Origin: Methanobacteriota archaeon
Lineage (GTDB): Archaea; Halobacteriota; Methanosarcinia; Methanosarcinales; Methanogasteraceae
Assembly (NCBI GenBank): GCA_034659315.1
Contig: JAYEGZ010000024.1
Span: 1,759 to 51,943 of the forward strand
DNA: 50,185 nt
Direction: 5' to 3'
The position numbers and the translations under genes are program-made. A model generated the notes under the pieces. That model searched no databases. It was given only the letters and a program-made list of their open reading frames with translations, and was not told where the DNA came from. Shown piece by piece: positions 44,632 to 50,185 of the stretch. The first letter of the stretch is position 1; each line of letters opens with the position of its first letter.

Positions 44632-45405
44632 TTATACCGCCTGATGTCCCGCCTCAATAAACCACGATCTCAGCGCATCATAACTCAGTTCACCGAGATC
44701 ATCGACCACAATATCTGCACCAGCCCCAACAAGGATGGATGGGTCACCGATCCTCCGTATCCCAACACAAAACATACCGTTATCCTTACCCGCCCCTATT
44801 CCGGACGGCGCATCCTCAAACACGATGTAATGCTTGATCTTACCGCCAGATAACTCGTGCATCCGATCCGCCGCAAACGCAAATAGTTCTGGCTTGCTTT
44901 TGCCAGATAATCCTGACGCGTCCACCTCAAAGAGTGAATAAAGCGTATCCGGCATTCCGGACCTGTGATCGCCGGTTATCCGTGTGATCAGGTTCTTTGC
45001 ATTCTTCGAGGCTGATGCCATCGCCTGAACCACCCCCTTAGTATGCGCTTCAATGATCATCGCAACCGAGGTCTCAAAGACTTCGAATCTGCCCTCACCA
45101 ACCAGTTCTGTGAACAGTTTGTTCTTGCGGGTGCAGTATTGTTCAAGCATCTCCTCTTTCGCAGCATCTGTTCCCACACCGAGCCGCTCATACACCCCTA
45201 AACGCTCAAGAATTGCATTTCCACCCTCGTATCTGGGTCGCCCGGAGACATAATCATGATAGAATCCTGAATCAAGTCTGCCCTCGCCAACACTCCAAGG
45301 CGCCATCTCCGCGGTGAGCCGCCATGCCATTTCGTGCGGGCTATCCACGATGACGCCATCGACATCCCAGATAAAACCAACCTCGCTTTCAAAATCAATC
45401 GTCAT
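44632..45405 (-). CDS. HAD-superfamily hydrolase, beta-phosphoglucomutase-like
   Basis: HAD motif I is WDVDGVIVDS, motif III/IV is FEDAPSGIGAGKDNGMFCVG. It overlaps the GH65 gene by 11 nt, the classic GH65 / beta-PGM pairing. At 257 aa it is longer than typical PgmB. Confidence 0.75.
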   Translation of the reverse strand: MTIDFESEVGFIWDVDGVIVDSPHEMAWRLTAEMAPWSVGEGRLDSGFYHDYVSGRPRYEGGNAILERLGVYERLGVGTDAAKEEMLEQYCTRKNKLFTELVGEGRFEVFETSVAMIIEAHTKGVVQAMASASKNAKNLITRITGDHRSGMPDTLYSLFEVDASGLSGKSKPELFAFAADRMHELSGGKIKHYIVFEDAPSGIGAGKDNGMFCVGIRRIGDPSILVGAGADIVVDDLGELSYDALRSWFIEAGHQAV

Positions 45406-47800
45406 ACGTTATCGCCGTCCTCTTGTTTCCGGGGATCTCATAAAGCATGCCCCTTATTTCAACTGGAACCGTGACGCCAACAGCATTATCGTCACCACTA
45501 TCACCACTGCCAGCACGATCGCCTGTCGATTCAAAGAATACGTCCACACCGCCTGCTGATATGTCGAATTCGAGTTTGAATCCCTGCCAGCACAGGTTAA
45601 ACTGAAGCCGCTTCCAGTTTTCCGGTAATCTTGGGTTCACCGTGAGTAATTCACCGGCTTCCCCCTCACCACGGCTTTTCATGCGCACGCCGGCAAACCC
45701 GAAGACCACTGCCTGCCAGACGCCCCCGAGCGAGGCTGCATGGATGCCGTGCTTCACATTGCCATAGTTGTCATAAAGATCGCCATATAATGAGTATTTG
45801 AGGTATTTATACGCCCGATCCACATCTCCTGCCTCTGTACACAGGATCGTGTATATGCTCGGACTGAGCGAGGACTCATGCGTAGTCCGGTGGTCGTAAT
45901 AGTCCAGGTTTACCGTCTTTACGTCATGCGTGAAGTCTTCGTTGAATAGATGCAATAACAGTACCACATCTGCCTGTTTTACCAGTTGCGACTCGTGCGC
46001 ACGCTCAAGCGGCACTGTATCCGGAAATATTGGCATTCCACGTTCATTCCACTTCTCAATCGTCGCATCAATCTTTTCAAAATATCCTGAGAACTCCTCG
46101 ATCATCCCGTCTCCGAGAACCGTAAATTCGATGTTGTCTGCGATCTTCTGCCATCCATCAATCTCCAACTGCTTTAGACCAATCTTTTCGCAGAGGATTT
46201 TTCGTTTATCGGGATACCTCTCGAGAATTTCGGTGTACAACAGGACACCGCACCTCAGATTCCACCTGGCAAGGTAATTGGTGTATGCATTGTTATCAAC
46301 GCACTCCTGATACTCGTTCGGACCGATTACGTCTTTTATCTCGTATTTTCCGGAAGTATCGTTATATACTACCCTGCCCGCCCAGAACCGGGCAGTTTCA
46401 AGAATAATCTCAGCTCCGTAATCCAGCAGGAACTCGGTATCAGCCGTCGCTCTGTAGTACTGGTACGCTGCATACGCAACGTCGCCGGCGATATGGTGCT
46501 CACGCTCCATTGTATGCACGTCGATGATCGTTCCTTCTGGATTCACCCATGTTTTCGGAGTAACCTCCTCACCCGTCTCTGCTGACTCCCATGGGAATAG
46601 TGCGCCGGGTAAATTCTGCTTCCTCGCGTTTTTCCGGGCTTCATCCAGCCGGTAATACCGGTACATCAGCAGATTTCTTGCGATACCAGGGTATGTGAAC
46701 GTAAAGAAGGGGAGCACGAAAAGTTCGGTATCCCAGAAGAAATGCCCGTTGTACCAGCTACTGGTCAGTGCTTTGGGCGCTATGCTGACCTGATCATCGG
46801 ATCTGCTGCCTGCGATCATCAGATGGTACAGGTTGAACCGCAGCGCTTTCATTGCACCGGGATCGCCGTCGATCACAATATCTGCCGCAGACCACGATTC
46901 ATCCCAAACATCTGTGTGTGCTGCAAACATTCCGTCAAAGCCGGTGTCCAGACTCTGTTTCAGGGCATCAACCGTCACATCACGAATATTGCGGGCATCT
47001 CCCGGCGGAACGTCGCGTGAGGTATATATCGAGACGATCTTTTCGAAGGTGTAGAGCGTTCCTTTACGGGCTTTAAATCGCACACTTTCGGTTAATTTGC
47101 CGTCAGCAAACTCAGATGTACGAACAACGCCGTCAACCACCTCGCCACCATTGTTGCCATCCCCCTCACCGCCGCCCCCTATCGAGAGATTCGCTGCATA
47201 AGCAACACTGCGTCCGGAATCGTTCAATTTCGCAACCAGACAACTGACACCGTCTGCGTGATCAGCTTCCACAACGCTGTAGTGCGCAACTTCGGTGCCC
47301 ATCTCCTTTCTTATGTTCAGCGTCGATGCATCAATGCTGCTTTCTACGCGAATGTCAACGTCTGAGCCAAGTGCGATGAAATGAACTTGCATCAGCATAA
47401 TATGCTCATCCGCCGCACTGAATGCACGAAGCGACCGATACTCATACGATCCACTCTTCTCCGATCGATAGTTGGTTCTGCGGTCAAGCGTTCCCTGTCT
47501 CATGTCAAGAACTCGTTCGTGCCCGGTAACCCCCATCTGATCTATCGCAACCGGCTCACCATCTGCGTATAACCGGAAACCAACCGGATCAGGCAGATTC
47601 ACGATCTCGACTGTTTCAGCCTCTGATTTATCAAAAATACCCGCAACGTACGTTCCCTGACTGCTGCCCGCGGGCATCTCTTCGAGGACGCCGCGGCTGC
47701 CAAGATAACCGTTTCCAAGCGAAAAAACAGATTCACATTCGGCTTGCCGGTCCGGATTAAAGCCACGCTCTCGGATCAGCCATTCATAGTCTGATAACAT
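45395..47800 (-). CDS. Glycoside hydrolase family 65 disaccharide phosphorylase (trehalose/kojibiose/maltose phosphorylase family)
   Basis: GNGYLGSRG, FPWESAETGEEVTP, the catalytic-acid region VIGPNEYQECVDNNAYTNY, the phosphate-site THESSLSPS and GGVWQAVVFGFAG. GGAGGT SD precedes the ATG. Confidence 0.9.
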   Translation of the reverse strand: MLSDYEWLIRERGFNPDRQAECESVFSLGNGYLGSRGVLEEMPAGSSQGTYVAGIFDKSEAETVEIVNLPDPVGFRLYADGEPVAIDQMGVTGHERVLDMRQGTLDRRTNYRSEKSGSYEYRSLRAFSAADEHIMLMQVHFIALGSDVDIRVESSIDASTLNIRKEMGTEVAHYSVVEADHADGVSCLVAKLNDSGRSVAYAANLSIGGGGEGDGNNGGEVVDGVVRTSEFADGKLTESVRFKARKGTLYTFEKIVSIYTSRDVPPGDARNIRDVTVDALKQSLDTGFDGMFAAHTDVWDESWSAADIVIDGDPGAMKALRFNLYHLMIAGSRSDDQVSIAPKALTSSWYNGHFFWDTELFVLPFFTFTYPGIARNLLMYRYYRLDEARKNARKQNLPGALFPWESAETGEEVTPKTWVNPEGTIIDVHTMEREHHIAGDVAYAAYQYYRATADTEFLLDYGAEIILETARFWAGRVVYNDTSGKYEIKDVIGPNEYQECVDNNAYTNYLARWNLRCGVLLYTEILERYPDKRKILCEKIGLKQLEIDGWQKIADNIEFTVLGDGMIEEFSGYFEKIDATIEKWNERGMPIFPDTVPLERAHESQLVKQADVVLLLHLFNEDFTHDVKTVNLDYYDHRTTHESSLSPSIYTILCTEAGDVDRAYKYLKYSLYGDLYDNYGNVKHGIHAASLGGVWQAVVFGFAGVRMKSRGEGEAGELLTVNPRLPENWKRLQFNLCWQGFKLEFDISAGGVDVFFESTGDRAGSGDSGDDNAVGVTVPVEIRGMLYEIPGNKRTAITYDD

Positions 47801-47841
47801 TATTTACCTCCAAATTCCCAACATATCCAACATGTAACCAT

Positions 47842-48888
47842 CTAACTGTTCAGGATCTGCGTGTAGACTCGCTCATAGCCATCAACCATCGCATCCACGC
47901 TGAAATGTTTCTCCACATATTCCCGGCACAGTTTGGGATTTATATTCTGCACCCGCCCGATACAATCGAGAAGATCCTCAAAATCATCTGCCAGATAGCC
48001 GTTCACCCCGTTTTCAACAAGTTCGGGTGCAGCACCGCGTTTGTAAGTCACGACAGGTGTGCCGCACGCCATTGCTTCGATCATAACAATCCCGAACGGC
48101 TCTTCCCACTGGAGCGGGTAGACAAAAGCAGTTGCACCAGCGAACAGCTGCTTCTTTTCCTCATCGCTGACTTCGCCTGCGTACTCGATCTTGTCGTTCA
48201 GATACGGCTTTATCATTGTATCAAAGTATTCGTGTTCGTCAGGTTCTGACACCTTGCCTGCCAGAATCAGTCGCATCCCGAGACGTTTCGCAGCCTCACA
48301 TGCAATATGCGGCGCTTTCTCATGGTTGAACCTACTTAAGTACAATAAATAGTCCCCTTTCCCCTCCGAATACGGGTAGCTCTCTATTTCGATCGAGTTA
48401 TAGACGGTTCCAGCATAATTAAGACCGGGCAGAACTGTCTGCTGGAAGTCGCTGATCGTTGTGAAATGGAGATCCTTCTTGCCAACGAACAGCTTGTAAA
48501 ACTGTTTATTTGACTCATCGAGAGGGCTATGAAGTGTATGTACAACCGGGATGTCAATAAAGAACGCACTTGCCAAACCCTCTTTCCATGTGTTGTCATG
48601 TATAATATCAAAGTCGCCCTGATCTGCGATCTCGATATAAGATCCAAGCGAGTGCGTGATCGCGGCATTCAGAAATATGGACGTCTGTCCTGCCAGGAGG
48701 CTGCACTGTTCGTGTTCAAAGAAGTGGCGGACCTGAGCGTCCGACACAGACTCCAGGACTGTGAACAGTGTCACGTCATGCCCTCTTTCGGCGAGTCCGT
48801 CTGCAAGCAGAGCGATAACCGCCTCTATACCTCCATAACGCGCTGGGGGTATCTTGATCCATGGTGGTGCTACTATTGCAATTTTCAT
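47842..48888 (-). CDS. Glycosyltransferase family 4 (group 1)
   Basis: The N-terminus KIAIVAPPWIKIPPARYGGIE and the C-terminal EPFGIVMIEAMACGTPVV are GT4 hallmarks. Confidence 0.85.
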   Translation of the reverse strand: MKIAIVAPPWIKIPPARYGGIEAVIALLADGLAERGHDVTLFTVLESVSDAQVRHFFEHEQCSLLAGQTSIFLNAAITHSLGSYIEIADQGDFDIIHDNTWKEGLASAFFIDIPVVHTLHSPLDESNKQFYKLFVGKKDLHFTTISDFQQTVLPGLNYAGTVYNSIEIESYPYSEGKGDYLLYLSRFNHEKAPHIACEAAKRLGMRLILAGKVSEPDEHEYFDTMIKPYLNDKIEYAGEVSDEEKKQLFAGATAFVYPLQWEEPFGIVMIEAMACGTPVVTYKRGAAPELVENGVNGYLADDFEDLLDCIGRVQNINPKLCREYVEKHFSVDAMVDGYERVYTQILNS

Positions 48889-49093
48889 GAGTTGACTCCC
48901 TCTGTACTAACGTAGGCATTATATCGTTTTAGTCGTTTATTACTCTATCGATCGTTATCGATCTTTATTGGTCTTTAGTGGTCTTCGCGGCGTTTTGCCA
49001 GCCGAGGGTCAAGTAGGTACAGCACGCGTGGGCAGGTATTATATGTGATACAAAACATGTATATATCGCGCATGTATACTTTCACGAGAAAAG

Positions 49094-50185
49094 CATGACA
49101 CAACCAAAAGTATGTCTGGCTACGCAGACGCCGCTGATCAGGCTCAAACTCCAGTACAGTGAGTTACTCGATAAATATGGATCGCTTCCTGATCCGGTGC
49201 CGTTTACGTGCCTTGAGGAGGGGGAAGATTATGAGTTTACCCCGGGCGGGGTTCCGAAGATGGTTTACCCGCTGCAAAGGATGTTGCTTGAGAAGAATCT
49301 GGTGGAGAGCGTACACTGGATATCACTTAACATGATGGGACCTGAGCGCGTGCTTGTTGATGATATTCTCATCCACAACATCATGCTTGAACAGAAGTAT
49401 GTCGCGCCATATTCCCGATTTAAGGAGCGAATATGGGCGGAGATTCACAATATCGACCGAAAACCGGTTGGTGTTGTCGAGTTCTCTGCCTACGCAAGGT
49501 ACAACTGGCTCTGCGCGGAGAAGATGTTTGAATTGTCACCGATCGATATCTTTTATATCCACGACTTCCAGCAGTTGCTTGTCGGGGGCATGCTCGGGCT
49601 TGCTGCGCCAACTGTCTTCAGGTGGCACATCCCGTTTGATCTGGACAACACATCGAGCTACGTCAGGCGGTTCATTGTCAGGTGCATCGAGTCGTTTGAC
49701 GGAGTCATCGTCAGTTGCAGGCGCGATCTCGAGGGTTTGATACGGGCAGGATACCATGGCAGAGCTTATCAGGCATATCCTTACATCAACCAGCACGAGT
49801 GGGCCAAGCCATCAGACCGGGAATTTGACGAGTTTTGCGACCGGTTTGGGATAACAGACGATGACAAGCTCCTCGTGATTGTAGCCCGGATGGATCAAAT
49901 AAAAGGTCAGGATGTTGCGATCAAAGCACTCTCGCAGATCGATGGCGCAAAATTGATGCTTATAGGGAATGGTAGCTTTACAAGCAGTGACAGAGGTGGT
50001 TTGGCACATCCAAAGGCGACAATGTGGGGCACATACTTAAAAAAGCTTGCAAGAGACCTTGGAGTTGCAGACCGAGTTATATTTACAGGATATATCCCGG
50101 ATAACCTCGTGAAAGCGGCGTACAAGCGGTGCGATGTGCTGGTCTTCCCGTCCCGCAAAGAAGGATTTGGTCTGGTTGTGGTGGA
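49094..50185 (+). CDS. GT4 glycosyltransferase, TreT (trehalose synthase)-like; 3'-partial at the window edge
   Basis: The frame is open from ATG 49094 to the end of the window (364 codons), and the ORF track does not list it. IFYIHDFQQ...FRWHIPFD...RRFIVRCIESFD parallels TreT VHDPQP...WRCHIDLS...RRFVEKYD. ARMDQIKG and SRKEGFGLVVVE are GT4 motifs. Confidence 0.7.

Noticed and set aside
1-50185. Scan of the whole window for CRISPR arrays, IS elements or transposases, integrases, toxin-antitoxin pairs, rRNA and tRNA
   Set aside because: I found no regularly spaced direct repeats, no DDE, tyrosine or serine recombinase motifs, and no rRNA- or tRNA-like segments by eye. The absence should be confirmed with dedicated tools.

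Overview
The window looks like a chromosomal segment from a methanogenic euryarchaeon. The evidence is F430-pathway cfbA/cfbE, A-type ATPase atpH-I-K-E, rpoL, archaeosine TGT, archease, Sec61-beta and a type-A RNase P RNA. I call about 47 protein genes, densely packed and often translationally coupled through ATGA or TGATG overlaps.

Housekeeping genes are ribL, pdxS, secG, tgtA, pyrH, rpoL, cfbA, cfbE and the ATPase stator/membrane genes.

These are interleaved with two large signal-transduction islands:
- 12.7-18.5 kb: a receiver / hybrid kinase / Cache-HAMP-PAS kinase / REC-PAS-PAS cluster.
- 20.7-32.9 kb: a methyl-accepting chemotaxis protein (MCP), then a co-directional cluster of three RsbR-type STAS proteins with different sensor heads, plus a small PAS protein, a FIST protein and a DUF169 protein.

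Other modules:
- a translationally coupled SNF2 helicase / SWIM zinc-finger pair
- a Nudix-TrmO fusion
- an orphan bacterial-type ruvA next to archease
- an M50-like protease / DUF3160 lipoprotein / orphan ABC permease group
- a GH65 phosphorylase / beta-phosphoglucomutase-like / GT4 / TreT-like glycoside locus at the right edge

Two genes are invisible to the ORF track: an RNase P RNA (about 18588..18900, minus strand) and a 57-aa Sec61-beta gene (11303..11476, minus strand).

The best candidate for an undescribed system is the STAS / FIST / PocR / Cache / DUF169 cluster at 25.2-32.9 kb. It resembles a stressosome but has no RsbS, RsbT or sigma-factor output in the window.

I recognised no CRISPR array, transposase, integrase, rRNA or tRNA. 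All homology calls rest on motif recognition by eye and need HMM or BLAST confirmation.
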